Origin: the human T2T-CHM13v2.0 reference genome, Homo sapiens
Reading direction: 5' to 3' (one strand)
Assembly (NCBI RefSeq): GCF_009914755.1
Contig: NC_060929.1
Length of the DNA stretch: 64,000 bases
Shown: piece by piece, positions 1 through 14,929 of the stretch
Layout of the letters: every line of letters starts with the position of its first letter
Numbering within the stretch: the stretch's first letter is position 1
The notes under the pieces: model-generated
Databases searched by the model: none
Told to the model about the DNA's origin: nothing
Seen by the model: the letters and a program-made list of their open reading frames with translations, nothing else
Translations under genes and position numbers: made by a program

Positions 1-1073
1 GGTATCCGAATCATATTAAGGTTGCCCAGGCAAGCCTTCTCCCTTTGGGTTTAGAATCTCCAATGACATAGCTTTTGAAGACTGTTCGTCATGCCCAAAT
101 GGAAATTAAAACAAGAAATTAAAAACAGTCTCCTCTGGAAATTATTTTTGGCGATGAGAACAGAAAACCACACGATATTTTCCCTTTGGCAAATAGTTCC
201 TTGTCTCATCACTTGGAATATGTGTGAGTGAGAGGTATCTGAACACCTCGTGTGAAATCTTCTGATAATGAGTGTGAAGAGAGGACTTTTCCATTTGGAA
301 GAGCAAGGCATGCAATTTGGGGAAACTGAGTCCTTAGACTGTGACAGAGAATGCCAAAAAGCCCTCCCACCTGTGGTTCCCAGGAAGCAACGACAACAGT
401 ACTTCATCACAGAGGCTATGTGGCAAGCAACAAGAATCCTGGAATGACCTTTTCATGGAAACAAGCTTGAAGCTATGTTCTGGGCTTCCATCTGTGGATA
501 AAGATGGGTATTGTTGATATGGGAAACTTGAGAAAAGGCAGGAATTTACTTTAAAACTTTTAAAGTTACTTTTAAAATTAACTTAAACAATTTTACTTTT
601 GCAATTAGACAGGGACAACTTACCACAGTTATCCTTAATTTATAAACTGCCAGGACATTTTAATTTTAGAAGATCATTAAGATTTTTCTTACTGGAGAAA
701 ACAACTAACATTAAAACTTTTAAGATCCTTTGACTAATCTCTGCTTACATTGTCACTTTTTGTATAGTAGTAGTTCATTACACTTTATATTTAACAAAAA
801 ACAGATTTTTTTACATTGACTTTGCCACCTTTATAATGATATCAAAAGACTAAGTTATCTTCTATCTAAAATAAAGGAATTAGAATACAATCCCTGTCTT
901 TTTCTTGGGATAGTGCATGGCCCAATGTAAGAAGAATTGCAGAGCTCTCGTGCCAAAAGTAGAATAATGGGCAACATTTAGAAAACAATGCCCTGGCGCC
1001 TGCCAGCCCTCATGCACATGTTTTAAGGGTATAATTTGTATGAAAACCCTTGTGGGTGGGTCATAATATATTA

Positions 1074-1088
1074 GCACCATCTAGTGGT
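1074..1088 (-). promoter_or_regulatory. Candidate CTCF binding site
   Basis: Reverse complement ACCACTAGATGGTGC closely fits the CTCF core CCACYAGRKGGCRC; a GC-box-like CCCCGCCC follows about 30 bp downstream. Confidence 0.6.
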
Positions 1089-1304
1089 GATGGGCAAAGC
1101 TGTCTCTCTTCACCAGCCCCGCCCTACCTCTCAAACAAGTCACAGCCAAAGCAGAGCTGATTGTGCTCTATTTATAGCCTTTGACCTAAATTTATTGCCA
1201 CTGTTCACTCTGAAAATTAAAGGTGCTGCACAACTGGATTAAAAAGATGGAGAAGTGTGAACCTAAGTGTAATGATAATACTACTTGCATTATAATGATC
1301 GCTT

Positions 1305-1478
1305 GTGTTTATTGAGCACTACATACATGATCAATGTCGTACACAATGCTTTTCATAATCATCTTACTCCATCGGCACGAGAATCTGTTTGGCATCTGTT
1401 ATCATAATTATGCCTATTTTACAGGTTAGGAAACTGAGGTCCAGAGAGTTTTACTTACCTAGGTTACACATTCAGTAT
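1305..1478 (-). mobile_element. MIR SINE fragment
   Basis: ttattgagcact...cctattttacaggttaggaaactgaggtccagagag is the reverse of the MIR core. Confidence 0.7.
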
Positions 1479-1624
1479 TTAGAAGACAAAAACCTTCCTT
1501 GGCTCACTGACTCTTCAGGTTGGTACCGTGAGACGCACCATCACTAGGATGCTATGGAGTAGGAGGAGCTCGGGAGCTTCCACAAACTGAGAAAGCACCT
1601 GCAGAAAGGGAAGCAATGGAGCAC

Positions 1625-1830
1625 ACTAATTAAGGATACGCACTCCAGGGTCCAACTAGAACGGGGTTCGAGTCATGACTTAACCAGTTATTAATTCTGT
1701 GTCCTCGGTAAAATTACAATATCTTCTTAGAACCTCAGTTTCTTCTTCTGTAAAATGGAGATAATAATACATTATTCATGGGGGAGGAGTTGGGAGTATT
1801 AGTTGAGATATGCATGCATAGGGTGTGGTT
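1625..1830 (+). mobile_element. MIR SINE
   Basis: gggttcgagtc...cctcagtttcttcttctgtaaaatggagataataata MIR core. Confidence 0.75.
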
Positions 1831-2594
1831 CATAGGAGCCATTGAGGGGCTATTATTATATTTCTATTTTAATTTTTTTAGATTTTGTATATTTCTCTTT
1901 TAATTTATTTGAATGCAAAAATCAAACAGTGATCAGAGTCGTCTATCTCTCTCCTAAGGTCTCAAAACACTCATTCTGTGTATGGAAAGAAATGGAACAA
2001 GAAGGATTTGTTTTAGTGTACAATAGCAAATTGATGTGGAGAGGAAAGTAATGTAACTGCATACCTTAATCTGTAGCTTTTTATGGAATGAAGGAGTAAC
2101 TTGTTCATCAATAGACAGTGTTGCTGCCATTGGCAAGTCTTGCTCACATGCAGAGTCCAGAGAAGGTTCACACAGTGGTCAAGTGGCTCTTCTGGACTGT
2201 GCAGAGGTGGAGATGTGGGAATGATCCCTGTTTCCTCTTGAGGCTACACCCTTGCAGGAGGCACTTGGCTTATATTTTCCACTCTCAGAGCACTGCAGGT
2301 AGTGACCACCATGGTTCAGCAGAGAAATCTCTTTCCTTGGAATTCTTCCTTCTTTCTTTGTGCTCTTGTCTGTGCTCATTCAGCAAAGACTGGGTTTGCT
2401 GCTGGAGGGGCTGAGAGCATGGGGTGAGTTCAGGGGGAATTTAGATCTGGAGGTGAAAGTCAGGATGTGAGTGTAACATGTGTGGGGGGAGCTGGTCTCA
2501 GTGTGGCTTATCTAAAAGAAAATCAGAGCCTTACCACTGCTCAGGAAAGCCAGGAGAGCCAGACCCCTTTCTGTTTCGCTTGGCGTGACCATAG

Positions 2595-3395
<801 letters not shown>

Positions 3396-3489
3396 TGAAT
3401 ACAGAGTGTGCCTCAGGTGAATATCATGATGTCATATCACCTGTAATGCACTCTCTACCCAGTAGTCAGAGATGCCTGCTGCAAACAGG

Positions 3490-4258
3490 AGTCTGATAAA
3501 GTCACTTTCTTGCCTGGACCCATATGGTGATTTCCCATTGCTTACTAAAATGTGATTTTACTACACCTAATCTAAATCTTACTAGATCTTACTAAAATGT
3601 GAAAAATCTGTAACTTGACTTAGCAGGGCCATGTGTGATGTAACTCCTGCCTACTTCTCCACACTCATCTTCAGCTTCATCTGGCCCTCTCAGCTTCCTC
3701 CTCATACTCCAGATACCGTGTTCCCAGAATGCCCCAAGCTCCTTCTCACTGCAGGGCCTTTGTATATGCTGTTTCCACCACTTGGACAATCTTCACTAGA
3801 TTCTCTGGTACTTATCCTTGGACACGTGACTTCCCAAACCTTGTTGCATATTAGCATTGCCTAGGGAGCTTAAAAGTATCCCGATACCCAGGCTTCACCC
3901 CATGCCAGTTCAATCAGAATCTCTGGAGTAAACAGCCAGCCAAAAGCATTTTTTAAAGGCTTTGCAGGCAATTTCAATGTGTAGGCAACTTTGAGAACCA
4001 GTTCTTAGCTTAACTGTTTTCTTCTTACGGATAGCTCTTGTCCTCATTTCCCTGTCTAGCTTGGATTCCCTCATTAAATGTTCCCATAGTAGTACTCTGT
4101 ATGTTTTCAACAAACACTCTGTATTTGTTCAGTGTCTCTCCCACTAGACTGTAAGCTCCACGAGGCTGTATCTACTGTGTTCACTTCTTTATTCCTAGTT
4201 TGTAGCACAGAGCCCAGCACTTAGGAGGTGCTCAAGAAATAACTGTGAAAAGAATGAA
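3490..4258 (+). mobile_element. L2 LINE 3' portion, interrupted by a MER5-type element
   Basis: cagggcctttgtatatgctgtt and 3' end ccactagactgtaagctccacgagg...gtgctcaagaaata...gaatgaa. Confidence 0.75.
3826..4001. mobile_element. MER5A/B-like hAT-Charlie MITE
   Basis: Ends gtgacttcccaaacctt...aactttgagaaccag; internal aatcagaatctctgg. Confidence 0.7.
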
Positions 4259-4478
4259 AGCTCTAATGTGGATTGCTGATGGTTCTCTCCAGAGGATGGG
4301 GAGCTGTAGTTTGGTTATCTGGCTCAGGCTTGTGCATCCACATGGTGAGTCTATGACAGGTCAATATGAAGAGGGGGACCTCCCCATTGGGGAGATGACC
4401 ACAATTCCATGGGAAGAACATTTTCCTGCCTCTGGGAATGCATCTATTCTAGATCATGGCAAGGACTAGAAATATCAA

Positions 4479-4734
4479 GGGTTACATGTGACCACTGGGC
4501 TGCCCTCCCACAACTGTATTGGTCTATTACCTTATTTTTAATTTGTCTTTAGCAGAGAATATTTACCAAGAAATATATTTTCAACACTCAACAGCCAAAG
4601 AATATTCCCATTTGACTGCTGAATATTGACAGTGTATTTCTTGGTGTATATTCCCTGCTGAAGACAATGAATTAAGAGTAAGTTAATAGGCCAATGCATT
4701 TGCTGGAGAGTAGTCTTGTAACATCAATATAACC
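4479..4734. repeat. Long imperfect inverted repeat (hairpin-type ancient element/MITE, family unresolved)
   Basis: Left arm tgtattggtctattaccttatttttaatttgtctttagcagagaat...accaagaaata pairs with right arm tatttcttggt...attccctgctgaagacaatgaattaagagtaagttaataggccaatgca; centre gaatattc at 4600-4607. Confidence 0.85.
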
Positions 4735-7460
4735 TTAGAATGTGCTTTACAGAGAGCAGAAATAGGTTTAGTTTATGCCTTCAACGTGCCATCTTGAAGG
4801 ATAGCATAGATATGTGCTCAGAAGGATAAAAAAATTAAAGACATGGTTTTTATGTATAGTACACTGTACAATTAAAGCACATTAGGTGCACGACAAGACA
4901 ATCCTGAAGTCCATTTCAATTGTGTGTATTTTCTTTTTTGCATCCCCTTCTACAGATTTGTTGCATGATATTACAAACATGGAAAATATCTTATTGAAAG
5001 GGAATCTAAAAAGTCATAATATCTAATGAATAGACGTCGGAACATCATTTGCCAGTAGATACTGTTTCAGACCCTTTCTGCAACTGTGGATGATTCATTT
5101 TATGCTGGTGTCTCAGTTTCTCCACCCCTAGAACAAGAGTAATAACATTGGCCTTTAATTAAAGTCTCTATTATTTTTTTTAAGGCTCCAGGGAAGTTAG
5201 GTCCAATGGAAAAATGAAATACTTGAGGATATGACTTAGTCTGTGCTAAGAGTTTTATAGGCAGCTCACCAAAGATTTTTTTCCAAGTGATTTGCACGAT
5301 ATGCAAAATGTATTTTAAGCCAAATGTCTCGGACCGGGCGACATGCACAATAACCTGTCCCAAAAGCAATTATCACATCAGGACACACCCACTGGGATTC
5401 AATGCTCCTATTTAAAGTCTGTCCAAACACTACAGCCCACATCTATAATGGCTTTGGCAGAAGGGTGAGAACCAGCATCTGCAAAAACCTTATTTAACTG
5501 AGCAGGAAATGGATGTTTTCCGTACTAGAGTTTTAAAAGTCAAGAAATACCTATTTTGTGAACAGGATTTAGGATTTCATCCCTACAAGAAGAAGAAGTG
5601 AGAGCAAATGGACAAAAATTAATTCCATAAAGAAATCACAGCTCTCCTGCCCATTTTCCAATGGGAATTGAGGGTTATTTGTTGAACACATCGTCTTGGG
5701 AAGTAATCTCCTTAAAACACAGGGATTGTCCTAAGCATGCAAACATATTTTGATCTCTCTAGATTTCTGAGATCTTAAGTATAGGGTCGGCTCAGGCTTT
5801 GCCTTTTTCAGAAAGTCTTTGTTAATAACTCCTCTCCTGTGCCCTCTGGGTTAGAAGTTCTTTTATACTGCATACCTATCACTGGGTTTCCATATTGTTT
5901 TAAAATTGTCCTCTTCTCCATTAGATTGTGTCACTAACAGTCGTGCATACAACTTCATTCATGCTCCTGCTGTGCCCAGCAAAGTGTTGTTTAGTAAGTG
6001 ATTGCTATATAAGTGAAGAGAGGAAAGAGGACTGCCGTGGCCATTCTGCACTTGGCAGAGTGTAGGTGGGGATATTTGGAATCCAAGCAAATAAAGTCAG
6101 GCAAGGGCTGCTCTTGTTTGTGCATGACTAATGTGTCCCGCTCGGTTGCGTCATCCAGAGGCTGAGTGTCTGGCATGCCGGGAAGCGCTGTGGTTCCCTG
6201 CAGGCGGTGTGTTCTGGCCCTGCTGGATTCTTGTAGTGGCCTGCTGCAGTGATGTGGGAAGGTGGGAGGAGGCACACAGTGAAGCCCAGAGCCACTTCCA
6301 AATAATCACAGCCTGTCCTCTTTAAGGGCTTCTTTTTTCTTACCTTTAAAAGAAAATACTGCCTTAACACATCATTCTTTAAATTCTTTTCTAAGAGGAA
6401 AGAAACATCGACAATCACTTAAAAAAGATGGTCGAGAGTTATTCTGTTTCAGTGTGATTCCAGGGGAAAGCTGTCTTGGTCCAAAGCCCAGGAGGTCTTT
6501 GGTTTTCTGTGGAAGATGCACGGTAGAGGTCTCAGAGTTAAGGGTGGAATGTTTAGGCCAAGGCATATCAGCTGGTGGGCTAAGGATGCTGCGTCACAGT
6601 GAGGCTTTTGGCATCGTCATCAAAGGTGGTTTGATGGAGGGCAGAGGAAAAAGATGGAATCCTTCAAAGCCATGATAGTGGACTTGGGAAAGGGGATGAA
6701 AATTAAAATAAAAGAATCAACACAGATGTCTTGGTTTCTTAAACTAAAGAAGTGTGGGGTATAATTGTTTTCCCAAGGAAAGCTCAAATTCACTGGAAAA
6801 TATGCATGATTTACATAACTATGGTGTATTTAAATTACTTCAATTCTTAAAATATTAAGATAAACTTTTATGTGAGGAGAGTGCCTTTATTTAAAACTGT
6901 TGCAAATTACATCGATGACTTTCTATAACCATGGTAGACATGTTCATTTCACATAAAAGAATAGACCTGTCAGTATTCATGGAAGGCTGACTTCTGCCCA
7001 GCTTTATCTGTGATGATTCAGTTCCTTTGGCTCAGACCCAAGAAACATCAACCTTTGTAACTCTCTGCCCCTTTGTATTTACTTTCTAAAACTGTGACAT
7101 TTGCCAAGGGGGTAAATGAAACTCAATAGCAGCAGCTAAACTGCTTGTCCATAAAAAGACATTGTTTTGAGTAGAAAAGGAATTTTAAAACGTATTAATT
7201 GACATGTTGTTGCTGCAACAATAAAGAATAAGTTAATAATTTCTGTGCTCATACTGTAGCTTGTTTTCTTTTTCTTAAATTTATACTGTAGCTTATTTTA
7301 TATAAACTTTGGTTTTTAGGTCATGTTCTTACCAATCAACCCATGAATAGTAGGACAAAATATTACCCAAGCCAGCGCCAGCATATTTTATACACCTAAG
7401 ATATGAGGCTTTTATACTGAATGGGAGGTTCCCTTATAGAAGAGTTATAGGGGCGGTGGC

Positions 7461-7476
7461 TATATATATATAATCT

Positions 7477-7512
<36 letters not shown>

Positions 7513-7548
7513 CTCTCTCTCTATATGATATATATTATATATATGTAT
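7461..7548. repeat. (TA)n/(CT)n compound microsatellite
   Basis: Directly visible. Confidence 0.9.
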
Positions 7549-7552
7549 AAAA

Positions 7553-7760
7553 TCCACTATGTGTCAGGTGCCACACTAAATACTTTATATTTCATTTATT
7601 CTTCCCAACAGCCCAACAAAGAGGTATTGCTAGTTGGACATGCAACAGATGTCTACATGTGAAAACAGATCCAAAGAGGGTGAGAGACCTGCCCCAGGTG
7701 CCATGGTTTGTTGGTAGCGGAGCTGAGATTTGAATGGAGATCTAGCGTCCACCTCAGCTT
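7553..7760 (-). mobile_element. MIR SINE
   Basis: ccactatgtgtcaggtgcc...ggagctgagatttgaa reverse MIR. Confidence 0.6.
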
Positions 7761-8603
7761 GAGTTCTTACCCACTTCAATAGAGTGTTTCTCATAAACAA
7801 AGCCCTACATGAGGCACAAAAGATGTTTATAAGACATTTGCACTGTAATTTAGGAAACAAACCCAAACAAAACAATGAATACACAGGAAAGCAGCATCAA
7901 CATAATAAGCTGTGCTGTATATAATAATAATAATAATAATGATAATGATACAGGAAGCCGTGCTGTATCTATCTCAGGTGTAATAATAATAACATGGGAA
8001 GCCATGCTGTATCTCATATCTTAGCTTACACATCTTTATTTGCAAGCCAATGCAAAGTGAATTTGAAGCTACTTTTTGGATGGTGTCATTTCTTTCTAGA
8101 ATATTTAAAAATAGAATCGCTTCTCAAAAGGCCTATGACATTTGAAAGATTCAGATTTTCGTGTTTCTTATGAGGATGGGAAATTGTTAATGCTCCATAA
8201 TTGACACAGATTGGGGAGGGGTGAAAGATAATGGGCAGAGGAGGATTACGCAGGAGGAGTTTGAAGGTTGAGGGTCTGGTCCTTTTTTCCTCCCTTCTTT
8301 CCTAACCCCAAAAGTGAAAGTGGAGAAGAAATAGTTTGATGGGCATGAGGCACCCACTGAGCACCTTTCAAAATGATTCTGCTGCATTCTCATGGGTGTT
8401 AAAATGTCCTGAAAAGAAAGCATGGCTCCTTAAAGAAAAACTATATAGTGTTTTTTTTACATTCATAATGGCTACTGGCCATTAAAAGCACTTGGCTTGG
8501 AAAGATATTCACTTATTGGTAGATGAAACAGCCCATCATGAAACAGTAAGATCCCACTATTGGGAAACGCATCCAGAGGGCGGGACAGACACATGAATGT
8601 TAT

Positions 8604-9267
<664 letters not shown>

Positions 9268-9709
9268 AGCATCTGGATGCGGAGCCAGGGTGCCAGCCCT
9301 CGCTTTGCTGGGGCAAGCAGGCAGTGCTGTCTGCAGGGCAGTGCGTTCTGGGCAAGGAGGACTCACTGGGTCCACCTCCCACCCCAGTCAAGGAAATTGG
9401 AAGACTCCATGTCTTGGTTAACTGTCTGAAAATTCAGTTAATTCTTGGATTTCAGATTTCTTAACCCAGTTACAATAACTTTTTGATATGTACTCTTGAA
9501 AAGAAAGACTTCTTGAAAGTCATTGTGAAAACAAAAATTCAACTCCTTCAAAAAGCACTAAAAGCAGTGTAATAAACAAAAATGGGGTGGAGGTTGCAGA
9601 GTTGAAGGAAGATGTACTCACAAACTATGGTTCCACAGATATTTTTCAAGGGCCTGCCAGCATGAAGGCAGCAGATGAGGCTCTTGGGATGCAAAGAGGA
9701 ATCAGACAG

Positions 9710-10130
9710 AATCCTTGCCCTCAAGGCACAGGTGGAGAAGGAAGATGAACAGAGTTCCAGGGCTGTGGGATGAGGGCTGTCCTAGAGGTACCTCCTGACA
9801 GGCATGGACAGGTGGACAGGAGTGTTCCAGGTGGAGGCCATGGGATAGGCAGAGGCAGAACAGGGCCTGCTGAAGTTTGGAAACTGGGAATACTTTGGCC
9901 TAGTTGGGGAAGTGGAGGATGGAGGGGAGAGGTGGGCCTCAGACCTTGCAAAGGATGTTAGACTGTGCTGCAGATGGGATGAATCCTTTAAAGATTGAAA
10001 GCAGGTGCTCAGAAAGAGGTACTGGTGTGCAGGAGGGGGACAGGAGCTGGTAAGTGAGGACACAGAGTCTATCTAATAGGTTCTTGCAAGAGTTAAGGAG
10101 AATCATGAGGAAGGCTTGGACAAATTATTG
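9710..10130 (-). mobile_element. Degraded L2 fragment
   Basis: atccttgccctcaagg, gtgttccaggtggagg, purine-rich antisense L2-like text. Confidence 0.45.
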
Positions 10131-10137
10131 CAGATGG

Positions 10138-10606
10138 TGTTAAAGAAAAAGCTATTCGCTGATACTTGTTAAAGCACAATATGGAAGACTTCAGTCTGGA
10201 CTGTCACCATAGGTATAGGGACCATGGCAATGGGATTTTGCAGTGGCAGAGAGAGATAGGACTCAATTCCAAATATGGCACAGGCAAGTGGCAATTTAGA
10301 GCAAAGGATTGGGGTCCAGGTCAGTGGATGGAAAAGTACTGAGAGGTAACATCAGGAGTAAGAGAGGAATTCTGGTGAAACTGACCATATAGGATTCTTG
10401 CTGAAGACAGGCCAGGATGATCAGACACCACTTGGGGAATGGTAGGGGATGAGGAACCTGATCATATATTGAAGGTGGGGGATTCTTGCTAAAGTGACTT
10501 AGTAGGGTTCTTGTTAAAACTGGATTTTAAAAGGAAATGTACAGATGGGCTCAGGAGAAGGTTCAGGAGTCTGACTAAAGTTTGGTCCAGCAAAGAATCA
10601 CTGTCC
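10138..10606 (-). mobile_element. MER31-type ERV1 solo LTR
   Basis: The end ggagaaggttcaggagtctgactaaagtttggtccagcaaagaatcactgtc is the reverse of the MER31 5' end; starts tgttaaagaaaaa. Confidence 0.75.
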
Positions 10607-10652
10607 ACTGAGAGAGGGGGTAAATATTAGAGACATTTAGAAATAGAATCAG

Positions 10653-10976
10653 GGCCGGGTACGGTGGCTCACGCCTGTAATCCCAGCACTTTGGGAAGGC
10701 CAAGGCGGGCAGATCATGAGGTCAGGAGATGGAGACCACCCTGGCTAACATGGTGAAACCCCATTTCTGCAAAAAATACAAAAAAAAAATTAGCTGGGTG
10801 GAGTGTTGTGTGCCTGTAGTCCCAGCTACTCAGGAGGCTGAGGCATGAGAGTCGCTTGAATCCAGGAGGCAGAGGTTGCAGTGAGCCGAGATTGAGCCAC
10901 TGCACTCCAGCCGGGAGACAGAGCGAAACAACTCCATCTCAAAAAAAAAAAAAAAAAAAAAAAAGCCAAAAAACAA
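10653..10976 (+). mobile_element. Alu (AluSc/Y-like diagnostics)
   Basis: ggccgggtacggtggctcacgcc...gatcatgaggtcaggagat; 14-bp TSD agaaatagaatcag at 10639-10652 and 10977-10990. Confidence 0.97.
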
Positions 10977-11489
10977 AGAAATAGAATCAGAAACTTGATG
11001 ACTGTTGGGAAGTGAAGAATGAGAGAAAGAAAAGAGTCTAGAATGTACAGTATTCAGTGACATTTATCTAACCAGGATTTAGTGAACTTCCACCCTGTGA
11101 CAGTTACGGCATCAGACTTTGAGAACACAATGGTAGGTGAGATAAATCAGGTTCCTGTTATCACAGGACTGAAGTCAAGTGAGGATGGACGGTGACCAAA
11201 CACCCAAATACAGTGGAGTGAGAGATGAGATGGTGGAATGCCTTCCAGATTTCTGTCTTGGCATCTGCTGGGACCACCAAAGTTAGAAAGCCCAGAAGAC
11301 AGAAGAGAACCAGCCTGGTTTTGGATTTGTTAGGTTGAAGGTGAAATATGCAGAATGTGATGCATTATTTCCTGCCACTGGAAAATACAACTATTCTTCC
11401 AAAAGGGAGTCTTCTTAAAGGGAAGAAAAAATATTGAGGAATTTCAGACATCCCTAGTTTTGCTCTAGAGTATATATTTGAGGAACAAT

Positions 11490-11506
11490 GTTGCCCTCTA
11501 GTGTTC
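11490..11506 (-). promoter_or_regulatory. Candidate CTCF binding site
   Basis: Reverse complement contains AACACTAGAGGGCAAC, fitting core CACYAGRGGGC. Confidence 0.5.
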
Positions 11507-12117
11507 ATCTCTATGTTTTTATTCCATGCTGGGAAGGGTAGAGAAGAGTCCAGGCAAAGTCAAGTCTGCCTTCTTATTTCTGGTCCTAGTGACACTTTTA
11601 TAAGTGAGGTTTTCCATTTTCACAGAAGTGAAAATATTACTAGTGCTTTCTTTTGGTTACGATAAATATTCCAATAATTGGGAGAGACCATGAAAGAAAC
11701 CATTTTGATCAATGGCAGAAAGCTTGTGTACCTAGCAGATCTTTGACATGGGGTCAGAGCCAACCCAATGTCCAGTGACAGCTAAACACAGTTTACACTG
11801 TTTTTGGGTGTTTGTAAAATGTTCAGGTTTCCCTTAGCATCAAGTGCTAGGTACCTGACATATATGTGGCAAAACTTTATACTGACTATATATAATTTGG
11901 ATTTTTATTAAAGTCATTTTTTCAAAATAATTTTTTGAAATAAAATAATTTTTAACTGTAATTTTTTTCTCATCTTGCTATGAGTATGATCAAATAAATT
12001 TTTATTTTGAACTTATAAGGAGATTGTCTTTTGAGAAGTAGAAGTCAAGATGGTAATACTATTCTTTGCTAATCATTAGAGGAAAAGGGCTATATGAATA
12101 AAAATCTGGCAGTATAT

Positions 12118-12245
12118 GTCATGTGCTGTGGCACACACCTGTAGTCCCAGTTACTTGGGAGGCTGAAGCCGGTGGATCACTTGAGCCCAGAAGTTTGAGG
12201 CCAGCCTGGGCAACATTGCAGGACTTCCATCTCTAGAGTAACAAC
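12118..12245 (+). mobile_element. FLAM/Alu monomer
   Basis: gtggcacacacctgtagtcccag...ggatcacttgagcccagaagtttgaggccagcctgggcaaca. Confidence 0.85.
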
Positions 12246-12384
12246 CACCACAATAACAAAACTGGTGACAGAAAGGCAGAGTCTGCAGTGTGTACTCTCC
12301 CCTCCCCCTCTTGAAATTTTCCTGTAGAAGCTGTGAACATCCCAGGCCTCTCTGGCTCATGAAAAACTGTGTAATTGTGTAACA

Positions 12385-12600
12385 TATAAAAGCTCACAGC
12401 ATGGGCAGCCAGACATACCTGGATGAGCCCTGGATTTGCTAGTTTTCGCTGAGCTATTGGGCAAGATATGTAAACCCTCCAAGTCTCAGTTTCTGGAAAA
12501 TGGAAACAGTAATTGAATTTATCTTCTAGAGATGTGAGGACTAAACATGATGAAGTATGTAAAGTATGTAAAGCATTTAGCTCAGTATCCTTTAACCATT
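12385..12600 (+). mobile_element. MIR SINE
   Basis: ttgggcaagatatgtaaaccctccaagtctcagtttc...gtgaggactaaa...tgtaaagcatttag. Confidence 0.7.
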
Positions 12601-12950
12601 AACAAAGGAGAACATGACACATAATGAATTGTTTGCAATAGCGAGTTTTGCTAACAAGTAAAAGGGGACTCCAGAATAAAATAAGAATCATTTTTTGCCT
12701 TTGGAATTATTGTCAGCAATGATATCAATATACATTCTAGATCCTAAAGCAAATTCTATAACCCAAACTGTAAACCCCTTATTCTGTCTCTTGTGAGCAA
12801 AACAGCCATGACTTTTGTTCTCTGCACTGAGCAACTTACTCTTTTCTGTTCCTTCCAAAATTGCCACTATTGCTAAAACTTATGAACCATATATGCAATC
12901 CAGAGTTAACCCTTTTATAGGAGTAGATCTCCCCTTTTTCATGAATATGA

Positions 12951-13391
<441 letters not shown>

Positions 13392-14078
13392 AGAACAAAC
13401 TCTCAAGTAACTTAATTTTTTCTTTGAATATAGTCTTGAATCAATGGGGGCTGGGGGTTGGGGAGGTGTATCAGTCTATCAGCCTGATATGATGTAACAT
13501 GCATCTTTTCTACCAAGCCTCTTTCTGGGAGCTTATGGAAACTTTAGTGTGCTGAGGAATGAGATTGGAAATCATCCTTTCCAGCAACCACTGATCTTAG
13601 TGACTCTGCACCACTTAAGACTCTTCCAGTTGAATGTTACAGGAGCCCACCTCCAATTAGCTTGAGTAGCTAAGGGAATCTTTGGGTTCCAGAGACTTGT
13701 GTCTACAGTAAAATCACTTTAGGGATATCTTGATCTAAGTGCTCAAACAATACTATCAGGATTCTATCTGGGGTTTGGCAGGAGTTCCCGTGTCCATTGT
13801 ATGGCATACACAGTTATAATTTTGTCTTCATTGTTATGTTTTAAGATTCAGTCTCCAGAAGAGCAATGTATCTAATATTGGGTCTCTTCCAGCTTTGTGA
13901 ATGAAGAGTTCATCTCCCAGACATTTCTTGAATGCTGCTCACTGCCTATGGGAGAGCTTTGGCTTTTGAATGTGCTAGACAAGGCTGGCCACATCATTCA
14001 TAGGGCTCAGTGCAAAATGAAAACGCAGGACCCCTTGCTTTCAAAAAGCAAGAAAAATGAATGCCATTAAAGATACTA

Positions 14079-14224
<146 letters not shown>

Positions 14225-14253
14225 AAAGATACTAAAATATAACCTTTCATAAA

Positions 14254-14254
<1 letters not shown>

Positions 14255-14296
<42 letters not shown>
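14255..14296. repeat. (TA)n microsatellite
   Basis: Directly visible. Confidence 0.9.
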
Positions 14297-14574
14297 AAAC
14301 CTTTCATTTTCTTAATTTGTGGTCTCTTTGTCCACAATTCATGGTGTTTTTTATTTTGTATTTAATGGCATGCTCCCTTGGGCATGGGGATACTGGCCAG
14401 GCAAGGCTAGACCTTCACAGGCACCCAGGTGTCCATTTCTGTGACTTGCAAATTCCCTGTCTAACCATTTGCCAGCTTCTGGACCAGATGCCATGCCCCA
14501 GCACTGGTAGGAGGAGCAGGTAAGTCAATCTCCTTTTTTTCCACAGCCCTTGGCCCCAGTCCACCATGAATGGG

Positions 14575-14929
14575 TACATTAGTCTGTTCTCATGATGCTA
14601 ATAAAGACATATCCAAGACTGGGTAATTTATAAAGGAAAGAGGTTTAATGGATTCACAGTCTCGCTTGCCTGGGGAAGCCTCACAATCACGGTGGAAGGC
14701 AAAGGAGAAGCAAAGGCACATCTTACATGGCAGCAGGCAAGAGAGTGTGTGCAGGGGAACTCCCATTTATAAAACCATCAGATCTTGTGAGACTTATCCA
14801 CTACCACAAGAACAGTATGGGGAAACCACCCCCATGACTGAATTATCTCCACCTGGCCCTGCCCTTGACATGTGGGGATTATTACAATTTAAGGTGAGAT
14901 TTGGGTGGGGACACAGCCAAATCCTATCA
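14575..14929 (-). mobile_element. THE1 (B/C-like) MaLR solo LTR
   Basis: attagtctgttctcatgatgctaataaagacat...gggtggggacacagccaaatcctatca; 5-bp TSD atggg on both sides. Confidence 0.93.

Noticed and set aside
5100-5369. 89-aa minus ORF / possible exon
   Set aside because: Non-ATG start, partly overlaps MIR-like sequence, no recognisable homology
7885-8020. CRISPR-like repeat-spacer appearance
   Set aside because: Eukaryotic context, only three short degenerate units, spacers are simple AAT repeats, no cas genes
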